From Dehalococcoidales bacterium (lineage in GTDB: Bacteria; Chloroflexota; Dehalococcoidia; Dehalococcoidales; UBA2162), in NCBI GenBank assembly GCA_030690265.1, contig JAUYHA010000135.1, positions 5,737 through 69,736 of the forward strand: 64,000 nt of DNA, written 5' to 3'. The notes below the pieces were generated by a model. It had not been told where the DNA came from. It made no database searches and saw only the letters and a list, made by a program, of their open reading frames with translations. The position numbers were made by a program, and so were the translations under genes. Positions 8,575 to 18,399 of the stretch are shown in pieces. The first letter of the stretch is position 1, and each line of letters starts with the position of its first letter.

Positions 8575-10497
8575 CTAGACTTCCCGAAATTCACCTTCCA
8601 CGGTGCCTTCGTCACCACCGTCTCCCTGGGGTGGAGGTTGCTCCCCGCCCGGAGGTGTCTCGCCTCCCGGGGGTGGTTGCTGCTGCTGGTAGACAGCCTG
8701 CCCCACCTTTTGCAGGGTTTCATTTAGCTCCTGTGTTGCCCGCTTGATAGCCTCAGCATCCGTTCCCTGTAAAGCGGAGCGCACCGCCTGAACCTTGCTT
8801 TCTACCTCCTGGTTCAAATCGGAGGGTATCTTGTCTTTTTGTTCCCGCAGGGTTTTTTCCGCAGTGTAAGCCAGGGTATCGGCAGTATTGCGGACCTCAA
8901 TCTCTTCACGGCGTTTGGCATCTTCGGAAGCATGCATCTCTGCTTCCCGCTGCATTTTCCCCACCTCTTCTTTACTCAAACCGCTGGAAGCAGTGATGGT
9001 AATTTTTTGCTCTTTACCCGTGCCTTTATCATGAGCCCTAACACTGAGGATGCCATTGGCATCAATATCAAAGCTGACCTCAATCTGGGGTATTCCCCGG
9101 GGTGCCGGCAGAATGCCATCAAGCATAAACCTGCCCAGGGTTCTGTTATCCGCCGCCATCGCTCTTTCCCCCTGGAGGACATGAATTTCCACGCTGGGCT
9201 GATTATCAGCGGCAGTGCTGAAACTCTGACTCTTTGAGGTAGGGATGGTAGTATTACGCTGGATGAGCGGCGTAGCCACTCCGCCAAGTGTCTCGATGCC
9301 CAGGGTGAGTGGGGTAACATCGAGCAGCAGAACATCCTTGACTTCTCCCGTGAGCACTCCTGCCTGGATAGCAGCGCCAATCGCCACCACCTCATCAGGG
9401 TTAACTCCTTTATGGGGTTCCTTACCAAAAAGCTCCTTTACCTTTTGCTGGACCAGGGGCATCCTGGTCTGCCCGCCCACCAGGACCACACCGTCAATCT
9501 GAGATGCGGTCTTGCCGGCATCAGCGAGTGCCTGACGGCAAGGCTCCAGAGTTTTATCCACCAGGTCCATTACCAGCTGTTCCAGCTTGGAGCGGGTAAA
9601 GGTGATATTAAGGTGTTTGGGCCCGCTGGCGTCAGCAGTAATGAAGGGGAGATTTACCTCGGTTTGCTGAACGGTGGATAGCTCACACTTAGCCTTTTCG
9701 GCAGCCTCTTTCAAACGCTGGAGAGCCATCTTATCCTGTCTCAGGTCTATTCCCTGGTCTCGTTTAAACTCATCACACAGCCAGTCCATAATCTTCTGGT
9801 CGAAATCATCACCACCAAGGTGGGTATCACCGTTGGTTGACTTAACCTGAAAGGTGCCTTCGCCTATCTCCAGGATAGATATATCAAAAGTGCCGCCACC
9901 GAGGTCATAGACAGCAATCGTCTCCTCTCCCTTTTTGTCCAGACCGTAGGCAAGAGCGGCGGCGGTTGGTTCGTTAACGATGCGCAGCACTTCCAGCCCG
10001 GCAATTTTGCCGGCATCTTTAGTTGCCTGGCGCTGGCTGTCATTAAAATAGGCAGGTACCGTGATTACAGCCTGGGTAACCTTTTCACCGAGATAAGCCT
10101 CAGCATCAGTCTTTAGTTTTTGCAAAATCATTGCCGAAATTTCCGGAGGACTGTATTCCTTGCCTCCCATCACCACTCGGACTTCGTTATCAGGTGCCTT
10201 AACTACTTTATATGTTTTGCGCCGGATATCCTCTTCCACAGGCAGTTCCCGCCCTGCCGGCTCACCCCATTTACGCCCCATAAATCTCTTAATGCTGTAA
10301 ATGGTATTTTCGGAGTTAACAATAGCCTGCCGTTTTGCGAGTTGCCCCACCAGGCGCTCCCCATTCTTGTTTACCGCTACCACTGAGGGAATGAGATTGC
10401 CGCCTTCAGCGGAGGGAACTACCTTCGGCTCGCCCCCTTCCATTACAGCCACTTCACTAAAAGTTGTTCCTAAATCAATACCTATTACTTTTGCCAT
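8575..10497 (-). CDS. dnaK: molecular chaperone DnaK (Hsp70)
   Basis: [16 protein letters not shown] and [10 protein letters not shown] signatures. 640 aa with a Pro/Gly-rich C-terminal tail. Confidence 0.97.
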   Translation of the reverse strand: MAKVIGIDLGTTFSEVAVMEGGEPKVVPSAEGGNLIPSVVAVNKNGERLVGQLAKRQAIVNSENTIYSIKRFMGRKWGEPAGRELPVEEDIRRKTYKVVKAPDNEVRVVMGGKEYSPPEISAMILQKLKTDAEAYLGEKVTQAVITVPAYFNDSQRQATKDAGKIAGLEVLRIVNEPTAAALAYGLDKKGEETIAVYDLGGGTFDISILEIGEGTFQVKSTNGDTHLGGDDFDQKIMDWLCDEFKRDQGIDLRQDKMALQRLKEAAEKAKCELSTVQQTEVNLPFITADASGPKHLNITFTRSKLEQLVMDLVDKTLEPCRQALADAGKTASQIDGVVLVGGQTRMPLVQQKVKELFGKEPHKGVNPDEVVAIGAAIQAGVLTGEVKDVLLLDVTPLTLGIETLGGVATPLIQRNTTIPTSKSQSFSTAADNQPSVEIHVLQGERAMAADNRTLGRFMLDGILPAPRGIPQIEVSFDIDANGILSVRAHDKGTGKEQKITITASSGLSKEEVGKMQREAEMHASEDAKRREEIEVRNTADTLAYTAEKTLREQKDKIPSDLNQEVESKVQAVRSALQGTDAEAIKRATQELNETLQKVGQAVYQQQQPPPGGETPPGGEQPPPQGDGGDEGTVEGEFREV

Positions 10498-10500
10498 AAT

Positions 10501-11079
10501 TTACTCCCCTTTACCACTATTTTCTGATTCAGCTTTCTTTTTCTCTTCTGTCTTCCCATCACCCACCACTACCATAGCCGGCCGAATCACTCTATCGCGA
10601 AACTTGTACCCTTTTTGTAGCTCTTCAATAACTATTCCTTCTTCACCTTTCCCGTTCATCGCCGCTTCATGAAGGTTCGGGTCAAACGGCTCGCCCACTG
10701 CTTTAATGTGGGAAAGCCCCTGTGACTCCAAACTGGCCTGCAGCTTACGAGTAATAAGCCGGATGCCATCTACCCAGCTAAGTTTAGCCAGATGAGGCGG
10801 GATAGCTGTAAAAGCTCGCTCCAGGTCATCCAGAACAGGCAGCAGATTGAGCATAAGCACTGAGTTAGCGAACTTGCTCATTTCCTCCTCTTCCTGTTCA
10901 CGACGCCGTTTGTAATTGATAAAATCTGCCTGGGCTCTTTGCCAGTTAGCCAGGTAGTTTTCTGCTTTCTCCTTCTCTTTAGACAGAAGCTCCTTTAATT
11001 TCTCCATATCTTCAGTCTCGGAAGTCTTTTCCACTTCATCATTTAACTCTTCTTCTGTCATTATTATTCTTACCCTCAT
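10501..11079 (-). CDS. grpE: nucleotide exchange factor GrpE
   Basis: Acidic N-terminus followed by YLANWQRAQADFINYKRR and a C-terminal beta domain. The ATG at 11079 overlaps the hrcA stop (TGATG). An alternative ATG is at 11061. Confidence 0.9.
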   Translation of the reverse strand: MRVRIIMTEEELNDEVEKTSETEDMEKLKELLSKEKEKAENYLANWQRAQADFINYKRRREQEEEEMSKFANSVLMLNLLPVLDDLERAFTAIPPHLAKLSWVDGIRLITRKLQASLESQGLSHIKAVGEPFDPNLHEAAMNGKGEEGIVIEELQKGYKFRDRVIRPAMVVVGDGKTEEKKKAESENSGKGE

Positions 11080-12119
11080 CAATTAGCATTAGATATTTCC
11101 CTGCCGTAAAGTTTGGTTACCAGTCCGGTCAGTACCAGAGAGAGATAGGTAACAATAGCGATAGTTCGGGTGTAGGGCATCCGGGTAGGCCCTATGACGC
11201 TTATAGTGCCACTGGCTTCTTCCCGCAAGCCATAGCGGATGGTAACCACGCTGTAATCACGCATAGATTCTACCTCGTTCTCTTTGCCGACAATTACTTT
11301 AACACCTTGCTGGGAGAGATGGGCAGGGATAATACTTGATAGCAGTTTTCGTTGCTCAATTAACTCCACCAGGTTTCGTGCCAACAAGTGGTTAAGAACC
11401 AGTTCAGGCTGATTAAGGGCAAAAGGCAAGCCAGCCAGGTAAGGTTCTTCATACCTCTCTTTGTCTTCCGCCTCCATTACCTTCACCAGGCAATCAGTTA
11501 CCCACCGTTCGGTGGAGGAAAGTTCTACCTCCTTAGCCGAAATCTGGGAGCTGGACAGGCCAAAATAAATCTCATTTATCTTATTGGCAATAACCGTTAG
11601 CTCCGCCTGAGTTACATTCTGAGCGAAAGTTATTAATTGTTGTCTTACCCTGGCAGCAGAAAGGGCAACGACCAGCAATACCAGCGTATTTTGCAGACTA
11701 ACCAAGCCTAAATGCTTGAGCAAGCAGGCTTTCCCTCTGGGCTTGGTAACCAGAGCCACATTTTGCACCCTTCGGGCTATAATGGTAGCCGCCAGGTTCA
11801 GCCATTCGTCCAATTCCTGCTCCACCTGATGGAAAAGGTGACTTAACAGACGCTGTTCCGCTAAAGGGAGTTTGACCTCACCTAACGATTCCAGATAGCG
11901 GCGGTAGCCCTTGTCTGAAGGTACGCTTCCGGCTGAAACATGAGGACGAATAATATAGCCTTCCTGCTCCAACTGTGCCATTTCATTTCGGATAGTAGCC
12001 GCACTCACTCCCAGCCCGCAGTCATCGGTAACACTCTGAGATGACACGGGTACCGCTTTGATGATATATTGTTCTACAATAGACTTGAGCAGAGTATCTG
12101 TCCTTGGAGATAACATCAC
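11079..12119 (-). CDS. hrcA: heat-inducible transcription repressor HrcA
   Basis: N-terminal winged helix (PVSSQSV..ATIRNEMAQLEQEGYI) in a 346-aa protein. It heads the grpE-dnaK-dnaJ operon and has a CIRCE element upstream. Confidence 0.9.
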   Translation of the reverse strand: MMLSPRTDTLLKSIVEQYIIKAVPVSSQSVTDDCGLGVSAATIRNEMAQLEQEGYIIRPHVSAGSVPSDKGYRRYLESLGEVKLPLAEQRLLSHLFHQVEQELDEWLNLAATIIARRVQNVALVTKPRGKACLLKHLGLVSLQNTLVLLVVALSAARVRQQLITFAQNVTQAELTVIANKINEIYFGLSSSQISAKEVELSSTERWVTDCLVKVMEAEDKERYEEPYLAGLPFALNQPELVLNHLLARNLVELIEQRKLLSSIIPAHLSQQGVKVIVGKENEVESMRDYSVVTIRYGLREEASGTISVIGPTRMPYTRTIAIVTYLSLVLTGLVTKLYGREISNAN

Positions 12120-12144
12120 AAGCTCCTATTATTAACAATTTCAA

Positions 12145-12171
12145 TTAGCAGTCTAACACCAAGACTGCTAA
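12145..12171. promoter_or_regulatory. CIRCE operator (HrcA binding site)
   Basis: Perfect inverted repeat TTAGCAGTC-N9-GACTGCTAA, 26 nt upstream of the hrcA start. The canonical sequence is TTAGCACTC-N9-GAGTGCTAA. Confidence 0.85.
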
Positions 12172-12319
12172 TAATAATTTTATAATTTCAAGCTATGACT
12201 TGTCAAGAGAAATTAGCAAGATAAACAGGACTTCTTGCATCTCATAATTAAAGTGTTTAGAATTGTAGAAAAGGGAAAGAAATGGGGTAGAGAGGTCAGG
12301 AAAAGAGGAGGCTATTCTC

Positions 12320-13969
12320 ATGACTAATTTAAGCCATTCTGAGCAAGACGAACTGACTGAATATACCGGAGGGATGACAATTTCCCACCTGTGGGAGCGC
12401 AATGCCCTCCAGTATCCAGACAAGGATGCTATCGAGGATTTGAGAGTTACCTTTACCTGGGCAGGGGCTGAACTCTGGATAGATAGAGTCGCCCTTGGTC
12501 TGCTGGAGCTGGGTATCAAGAGGGACGAAGTGCTCGTTGTCCAGCTGCCGAATTGCGTTGAGGTCCATTTACTCCGCGTCGTTTGTGAAAAAGCAGGAAT
12601 ACGCTGTCTCCCCCTGAACAGCAATATGCGAAAAACGGAAGTGGAAAATATCTTAATTAATACCCGGGCGGTTGGTGTGGTTATTCCCTGGGAGTATCGA
12701 GGGGTTAACTATATAGATATGATTAAAGAAATTTGTCCTAATCTACCTGATTTCAAATATATCTTTATTTCTGATGACAAAGTGCCTGGAGGGTTAATTT
12801 CTATTAGAGAGATGGCTGAGCAGCCGCTGGAGAAGAAATACCCGGCCGACTGTTTTGAGACAAGGCGCTATAAAGGAGGAGAAATCTCACTAATCGGCCC
12901 CACCAGCGGCTCAACCAGTTTACCCCGGCTGCTTATGTATTCTCCCCTCAGTTATTCAGGTCTCGGTAAGTTTTTTATGGAAGGATATTCCCTCAGCCCG
13001 AATGATACCTTAGGTGCGATGAGTCCGGCAGCCAGGGGACCCAATAATCCTCTTTACTTCGGCGCTCCGTGGGCAGCAGCTAAAATCTTTATGCTGCCAT
13101 GGACAGGACCCGGGGATGCCCTCAAGGTAATCGAGGAGAGAAAGATTACTTGTGTCTGTCTGGTTCCTGCCCAGCTGGCTATGATGCTGGAGCAAGTCCA
13201 GGCCAGGAACTATGACCTGAGTTCAGTGCGTATTTGGGAAAGTACCGGTGCCCCTTTACCTACCCCCCTGAGAAAAGAGACGGAAAGCAAAATGGGGGGG
13301 ACTGTTGTGAATACCTATGGGCTTACGGAAACCGGTAACCTGAGCTCGGTGGTGCCTGAAGATGCTTACGAAGTTCGTATGAATACGGATGGCAAGCCAC
13401 TCTTTGGCGTGCAAATCAGGATAGTTGATGATGAAGGTAAAGAGGTAGACAGAGGGATGACAGGTGAGGTTAGGGCTAAAAGCCTGTTTTATTCTCTGGG
13501 ATTTTATCATGATGAAAAGGCTACCGGTGAATTCTGGGATGAGGAAGGGTGGATTACCACAGGGGATATCGGTATGATTGACGAGGGAGGTAACCTGACA
13601 ATCGTCGGACGCAAGAAGGATGTAATTATCAGGGGAGGCCAGAATATTTACCCGGCGGAAATAGAAAAAATGCTTATCGACCACCCGAAAGTTATGGATA
13701 TAGTGGTAGTTGCCATGCCTGACCCGGTAATGGGCGAAAAGGCATGCGCTTATGTGGTGACAATGGGAGGACAGGAGTTTACTTTTAATGAGATGATAGC
13801 TTTTCTAAAGCAGCAAAACATCGCTTCTTTCAAATTACCTGAAAGGCTGGAGATTCTCGACAAATTCCCCACTTTAGCCGGTGGAAATAAAGTGGACAAA
13901 AACCTGCTCAGGCAGGATATAGCTCGGAAACTTGAGCAGGAAGGAACGGGGCGTAGCGCAGTCGGCTAG
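12320..13969 (+). CDS. AMP-dependent synthetase/ligase (acyl- or aryl-CoA ligase family)
   Basis: 549 aa. Adenylate-forming motifs [29 protein letters not shown] and [27 protein letters not shown] before the ATG at 12320. Confidence 0.85.
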   Translation: MTNLSHSEQDELTEYTGGMTISHLWERNALQYPDKDAIEDLRVTFTWAGAELWIDRVALGLLELGIKRDEVLVVQLPNCVEVHLLRVVCEKAGIRCLPLNSNMRKTEVENILINTRAVGVVIPWEYRGVNYIDMIKEICPNLPDFKYIFISDDKVPGGLISIREMAEQPLEKKYPADCFETRRYKGGEISLIGPTSGSTSLPRLLMYSPLSYSGLGKFFMEGYSLSPNDTLGAMSPAARGPNNPLYFGAPWAAAKIFMLPWTGPGDALKVIEERKITCVCLVPAQLAMMLEQVQARNYDLSSVRIWESTGAPLPTPLRKETESKMGGTVVNTYGLTETGNLSSVVPEDAYEVRMNTDGKPLFGVQIRIVDDEGKEVDRGMTGEVRAKSLFYSLGFYHDEKATGEFWDEEGWITTGDIGMIDEGGNLTIVGRKKDVIIRGGQNIYPAEIEKMLIDHPKVMDIVVVAMPDPVMGEKACAYVVTMGGQEFTFNEMIAFLKQQNIASFKLPERLEILDKFPTLAGGNKVDKNLLRQDIARKLEQEGTGRSAVG

Positions 13970-14023
13970 CGCGCAGCGTTCGGGACGCTGAGGTCGGTGG
14001 TTCGAATCCACTCGCCCCGACCA
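13947..14023 (+). tRNA. tRNA-Pro (anticodon CGG), CCA encoded
   Basis: Hand-folded cloverleaf. Acceptor CGGGGCG/CGCCCCG, D stem GCGC/GCGC, anticodon stem CAGCG/CGCTG with loop ttCGGga, and T arm GGTGG-TTCGAAT-CCACT. Confidence 0.9.
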
Positions 14024-14069
14024 GCACTCATTCAATAGTGTGCTGTTTAGCATATAAGCTGGAATACTA

Positions 14070-14247
14070 CTAGTGTAGTGTCTTCAAAATAACGTTAGCT
14101 ACAGCCCCCCAATTCCGGCCCCGTATCAGGTACGGGATAAACTCCAGCCGGAATCCAGGCGATACCGGATAAGCCTACACGTCTGGATACCGACTTTCGT
14201 CGGTATGGTTAACCGCAAATAACGAAGCGTAAGATGCACTACACTAG
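14070..14247. mobile_element. MITE-like element bounded by the 11-bp terminal inverted repeat ctagtgtagtg / cactacactag
   Basis: TIR at 14070..14080 and 14237..14247. The interior is made of PAL-C hairpins (cccgta-tcagg-tacggg at 14120..14136, and ggataccgactttcgtcggtatgg). There is no ORF. Confidence 0.6.
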
Positions 14248-14250
14248 CAC

Positions 14251-14313
14251 GAGGTTTGGCTTCGCGTCATTCTGCGAAGCCTGTCCCGTGCTGATACGGG
14301 AGCCAGAATTCAG
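14251..14313. repeat. PAL-C module, near-identical copy of 53588..53653
   Basis: gaggtttggcttcgcgtcattctgcgaagcctgtcccgtgctgatacgggagccagaattcag aligns with cgaagtttgccttcgcgtcattctggcgaagcctgtcccgtacctgatacgggagccagaatccaat. Confidence 0.8.
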
Positions 14314-14366
14314 TCGTTCCTAGCTGATTTTACATAAAGATAGAAATGCTGCACAAGGAGGAGCTT

Positions 14367-14780
14367 ATGAAGTCAGCCACTGACTACCTGTGGTTTAATA
14401 CCAGAGAGCAGCGCGAGTTTATTAACATCACCGATAAAGTGCAGGATTTGGTAGAGCGGAGCGGTATAGCCGAAGGCTTTGTGCTGGTATCGGCGATGCA
14501 CATCACGGCGGCGGTATATGTGAACGATGCGGAAGCGGGTTTAATCAGTGATATCAATGAGTGGGCGGAGAATCTTGCTCCCTATAAGCCGGACTACCGG
14601 CACCACGCCACCGGCGAAAGCAATGCCGATGCTCACCTGAAGAGTCTGCTCTTACACCACGAGGTTATTGTCCCGATTACAAAAGGACGCCTGGACCTCG
14701 GCCCCTGGCAGCAAATTTATTACGCTGAGTTTGACGGGCAGAGGAGAAAGAGGGTCATCCTGAAGGCAATAGGTGATTAG
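14367..14780 (+). CDS. yjbQ: YjbQ/UPF0047 family protein (secondary thiamine-phosphate synthase-like)
   Basis: Blocks [23 protein letters not shown] and [30 protein letters not shown] before the ATG at 14367. Confidence 0.8.
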   Translation: MKSATDYLWFNTREQREFINITDKVQDLVERSGIAEGFVLVSAMHITAAVYVNDAEAGLISDINEWAENLAPYKPDYRHHATGESNADAHLKSLLLHHEVIVPITKGRLDLGPWQQIYYAEFDGQRRKRVILKAIGD

Positions 14781-14855
14781 TCTACATTGGTTCTATTTGG
14801 TTTTGGTTGTCAATGTTAATCAATGATATAAAGAATATTAAGCAATCTCCTCCTC

Positions 14856-15077
14856 TGTCATTGCGAGCGACTCGTTCCGATTATTTATAGTGAGCGAAGC
14901 TGAACTATCGTCAGAGTGAAAGCGTGGCAATCTATAAGATTTTGAGATTGCTTCGCCCTCGGGACTTCGGCGTTCACTCTGACATATCGGAACGAGTGAG
15001 CTCAGTCGAACGCTGAACTCGGGTCTCGGACTGAAGGCTGAAGCCTCCGCGTGCGGCGGAATGGTCTCGCAATGACA
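14856..15077. repeat. PAL-A nested palindromic repeat element (222 bp)
   Basis: tgtcattgcgagcgactcgttccgatta at the left end and ctcgcaatgaca at 15066..15077. The central hairpin is cgtggcaatct..agattgcttcg. Internal modules are shared with 1420..1742. Confidence 0.85.
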
Positions 15078-15119
15078 TGGAAATCAACCAAATGCAAGCG
15101 AAACCCAATCATTTGAGGC

Positions 15120-15148
15120 TTGACAAGAATCTGGTGTATATTTAAGAT
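15120..15148 (+). promoter_or_regulatory. candidate sigma-70 promoter for the solute-binding protein gene
   Basis: TTGACA (15120..15125), a 17-nt spacer, then TAAGAT (15143..15148). Confidence 0.35.
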
Positions 15149-15280
15149 TATTAATTAAATTAAGTATAGTGGGGGTGGGGTGTATGAGAAAGTGTTGTGA
15201 CGCAGGTAAGGGAGGTGAAGAGATGTGATAGAGATTATGCCAGTAGGTTTGTCAAATAAATCAAACAAGAAGGAGGAAAG

Positions 15281-17110
15281 GTGAAAAGAAAAGTTATCTG
15301 GTTAATAGCAAGTAGTTTGATGGTACTATCCCTGGTGGCAACTGCTTGTGCCCCGAAGACAGAGCAGCCGCCGACAGAGCAGCCGCCAACGGAGCAGCCG
15401 CCGGTAGTAGAACCAACGAATGAAGAACCACAGTATGGTGGGGATTTGAAACTCTTTTACTGGCTGGGACGCCAGGAGCGTTTTGACCAGGAAATTCATT
15501 ATGTTGTTCCGCCAATGCAGAATAGTTTCGAAACTCTGCTGAGTGGTGACTGGGCTAAGGGCCGGGCTGGTGGCTATGGCACCAAGGAAACGGTGTGGGA
15601 AGATAGAATGGAAGGGTTCTACCACCTCTACACCGGGGTGCTCGCCGAGAGCTGGGAGTTCCCCAAAACAGTAGAAGGGGACAGAGCCAGGCTCATCTTT
15701 AATATCCGCCGGGGTGTCCACTGGTATGAGAAACCGGGCAGTAAAGCCAGTAACCTGGTCGGGGGACGGGAAATGACCGCCGATGATGTTGTCTCCTCCT
15801 TAAAGCGAGTTGGCACGGAAGGCTGGTATCTCTACTTACGCAATCCGGAACTGAGAAATGCCGAGATTACTTCTCCGGCGCCGTGGCAGGTTGAGGTCGA
15901 TGTTGATTGGGAAGCTCTGTCAACAGGTGAAAGCCGTTTCGGTATCGGGGCTTTTATCGTGCCACCGGAGGTTTATGAGGAATACGGCTCGATGACTGAC
16001 TGGCGGAACTATGTTGGTACTGGGCCTTTCATACTGACCGATTTTATCCCCAGTAGTACCCTGACCTATGTCAGAAACCCCAATTACTGGGATACAGACC
16101 CTGTTGGTCCCGGTAAAGGCAACCAACTGCCTTACGTAGACCAGGTTAAATATTTCCAGATACCCGACCGCTCTACCCAGCTCGCCGCCCTGCGCACGGC
16201 TAAACTCGACTGGATTGATAGCGTTAATGCCGAGGAGGCTGACATACTGGGAAAAACATCACCAGGGCTGGTTCTTCATCCCAGTGTGATGCTAAGTGAT
16301 ACAGGGGGTGGTGCTGCTATCGCTACAAAGATATACGAGACTCCTTACAATGATATCAAGGTTCGTAAGGCACTATATCTAGCCACCGATTTTGATACTA
16401 TAATAAAGGATTACTACGGTGGTAGGGCCAGAATTGCCTATTACCCCTTCGATGCAATTATAGAAACCACGGATATCTACTTCGGTCCCGACCGTGAAAC
16501 AGGTGAATGGCCCTCGGATGTTCCTGAATCAGTGAAGGAGCTATACACCTATAACCCGGAGAAGGCAAAGCAGCTCCTTGCCGAAGCCGGCTATCCCACC
16601 GGCTTCAAAACCAACGCCATAATTGAAAATACCTCGGAGAGGATTGATTACGCCTCTATTCTCCAGAATATGTGGTCTAAGGTAGGTATTGAGCTTGAGC
16701 TTCGCCCGCTGGAAGAAGTTGCCCATGACAGGGCTAAGTTCGTCCGTAGCTTTGACCAGCTGATAGACTACGGGGCGGGCTCAGGTGTGCTTTACCGGTT
16801 AGAGGATTTAACGGGCGCCTCGCATTCAAACCAGATGGCAATTAATGACCCGGTGCTTATGGACCTTAAAGCCCAGATGGAAGCAACCCTTATCGATGAC
16901 CCGGTCGCAGCTCACAAGCTGGTGCGCCAGATGCTTATCTACGCTGCCGAGCAAGCCTACGGTGTTTCAGCAGTTAAGGAGCTCACTTACAGAGCCTATT
17001 GGCCCTGGCTGAAGAACTACAGCGGCGAACTATACCTGGGTTACAATACCCGCCATTTCAACAAATGGGTCTGGGTTGACCAGGCACTGAAGAAGGAAAT
17101 GGGTTATTAA
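15281..17110 (+). CDS. ABC transporter substrate-binding lipoprotein (family 5, peptide/nickel type)
   Basis: Lipoprotein signal ending LVATAC, then a PTEQP x3 linker. 609 aa with the overall family-5 SBP layout. No permease or ATPase genes are adjacent. Confidence 0.75.
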   Translation: MKRKVIWLIASSLMVLSLVATACAPKTEQPPTEQPPTEQPPVVEPTNEEPQYGGDLKLFYWLGRQERFDQEIHYVVPPMQNSFETLLSGDWAKGRAGGYGTKETVWEDRMEGFYHLYTGVLAESWEFPKTVEGDRARLIFNIRRGVHWYEKPGSKASNLVGGREMTADDVVSSLKRVGTEGWYLYLRNPELRNAEITSPAPWQVEVDVDWEALSTGESRFGIGAFIVPPEVYEEYGSMTDWRNYVGTGPFILTDFIPSSTLTYVRNPNYWDTDPVGPGKGNQLPYVDQVKYFQIPDRSTQLAALRTAKLDWIDSVNAEEADILGKTSPGLVLHPSVMLSDTGGGAAIATKIYETPYNDIKVRKALYLATDFDTIIKDYYGGRARIAYYPFDAIIETTDIYFGPDRETGEWPSDVPESVKELYTYNPEKAKQLLAEAGYPTGFKTNAIIENTSERIDYASILQNMWSKVGIELELRPLEEVAHDRAKFVRSFDQLIDYGAGSGVLYRLEDLTGASHSNQMAINDPVLMDLKAQMEATLIDDPVAAHKLVRQMLIYAAEQAYGVSAVKELTYRAYWPWLKNYSGELYLGYNTRHFNKWVWVDQALKKEMGY

Positions 17111-17114
17111 TAAG

Positions 17115-17150
17115 AAGCGGGTTGGAGGCTTTCAAAGCCTCCAACCCGCT
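17115..17150 (+). terminator. hairpin downstream of the SBP gene
   Basis: agcgggttggaggctt/aagcctccaacccgct is a perfect 16-bp stem. It is followed by taaa rather than a long T tract. Confidence 0.5.
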
Positions 17151-17176
17151 TAAAGCTATGATTCAGGGGAGGAACC

Positions 17177-18361
17177 GTGGCACAAGAAAGTAAGGGCTCG
17201 TTTGAGCCAATAAGTGATGACGAGTTAAGAATTGCTAAACCGAAAAAGGCGCCACCATGTGCCTATGAGCTATTCATGTACGAGCAAAACATCCCGATTT
17301 ACCGGAGCCACGGGGTTTATGATATCCGCCAGTTACCCCTTGCGCCCTGGGAAAGAATGGGCGGACAGGGGACTTTTCTTCAACTCGATGGGCAAGCCAA
17401 TGTCTTCGGGATGTATGTTGTTGAAGTGCCGGCCGGCGGAGTCTTAACCGCAGAACGGCACATCTACGAAGAAACCTTTATCATCTTTGAGGGGCGGGGC
17501 AGCACCGAGGTATGGCGGGAAGGCAGCTCAAAGAAGCTGGCTTTTGAATGGCAGCCGGTGAGCAAATTCATTGTCCCTCCTAATGTCTGGCACCGACTAG
17601 TAAACGCTACCTCCAGCCCGGCACTGGCACTGGTGAAGACCAACGCTCCCCGCTGGATGGAACTGTGCCCTAATAAGAGCTTTATCTTTGACAATCCCTA
17701 CGAGTTCCGGGAGCAGTTTGATGAGAGCGAAGACTTCTATAAACCATCTGAGGAAATAGAGTATGGGGAGGATGGCAAAGCCAGCCGGGCCAAGACGAAC
17801 TTCAGACCGGATATCTCTCACTCTGAGATGCCGCTGGACAATATGCGCGCCCCGGGTATGAGACGCGGTGACGGGATGGAATATCCCAGCGGCCGTTATT
17901 CCAACGCCCACGCCCACATGGCATCAAGAGTTCTGGTTTGCGTCAGAGGCAAAGGATACTCACTCGCCTGGCCGATGGAACTGGGCATGCGCCCCTGGGA
18001 AGCGGGTAAAGGTCATTTGGTCAAGCGTCAGGAATACATCGCCGGCGGTATGGCCACAGCGGTTCCCGGCCACGGCGATTGGTTTCACCAGCACTTTAGC
18101 ATCGGCAAAGAACCCCTTAGAGTTGTTGTTTTCGGACTCTGGCTGGAACTGCCAACACAAGAAGGTGATTCCGGCCGCGGCCTTGCCCGCGGTACCGGTC
18201 GTGTAATTGGTGAAGGCGGCCATACCCTCCCTTATTACGAAGAGGACCCTCAGGTGCGAAAAGATTACCAGGAAGCTCTGAAGAAAGAGGGAGTCGAGTT
18301 CACCATGCCCGAGTGGGTCTATAACCGGGCAAACTACCAGGAAAAATTCCGGCAGCTCTAG
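17177..18361 (+). CDS. bicupin protein (gentisate-1,2-dioxygenase-like fold)
   Basis: Two cupin modules. The first has PPNVWHRLVN. The second has the metal-ligand pattern NAHAHM..VRGKGYS and GDWFHQHF. GTG start with GGGGAGG SD. Confidence 0.6.
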   Translation: MAQESKGSFEPISDDELRIAKPKKAPPCAYELFMYEQNIPIYRSHGVYDIRQLPLAPWERMGGQGTFLQLDGQANVFGMYVVEVPAGGVLTAERHIYEETFIIFEGRGSTEVWREGSSKKLAFEWQPVSKFIVPPNVWHRLVNATSSPALALVKTNAPRWMELCPNKSFIFDNPYEFREQFDESEDFYKPSEEIEYGEDGKASRAKTNFRPDISHSEMPLDNMRAPGMRRGDGMEYPSGRYSNAHAHMASRVLVCVRGKGYSLAWPMELGMRPWEAGKGHLVKRQEYIAGGMATAVPGHGDWFHQHFSIGKEPLRVVVFGLWLELPTQEGDSGRGLARGTGRVIGEGGHTLPYYEEDPQVRKDYQEALKKEGVEFTMPEWVYNRANYQEKFRQL

Positions 18362-18399
18362 CTGAGATAGCGGTTGAACCGAAATCAGAGGAGGACGAA

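Noticed and set aside
12193-12624. 143-aa minus-strand ORF across the hrcA-ligase intergenic region
   Set aside because: It overlaps the ligase 5' end in antisense and runs through the divergent promoter region. It has no SD or recognisable domain.
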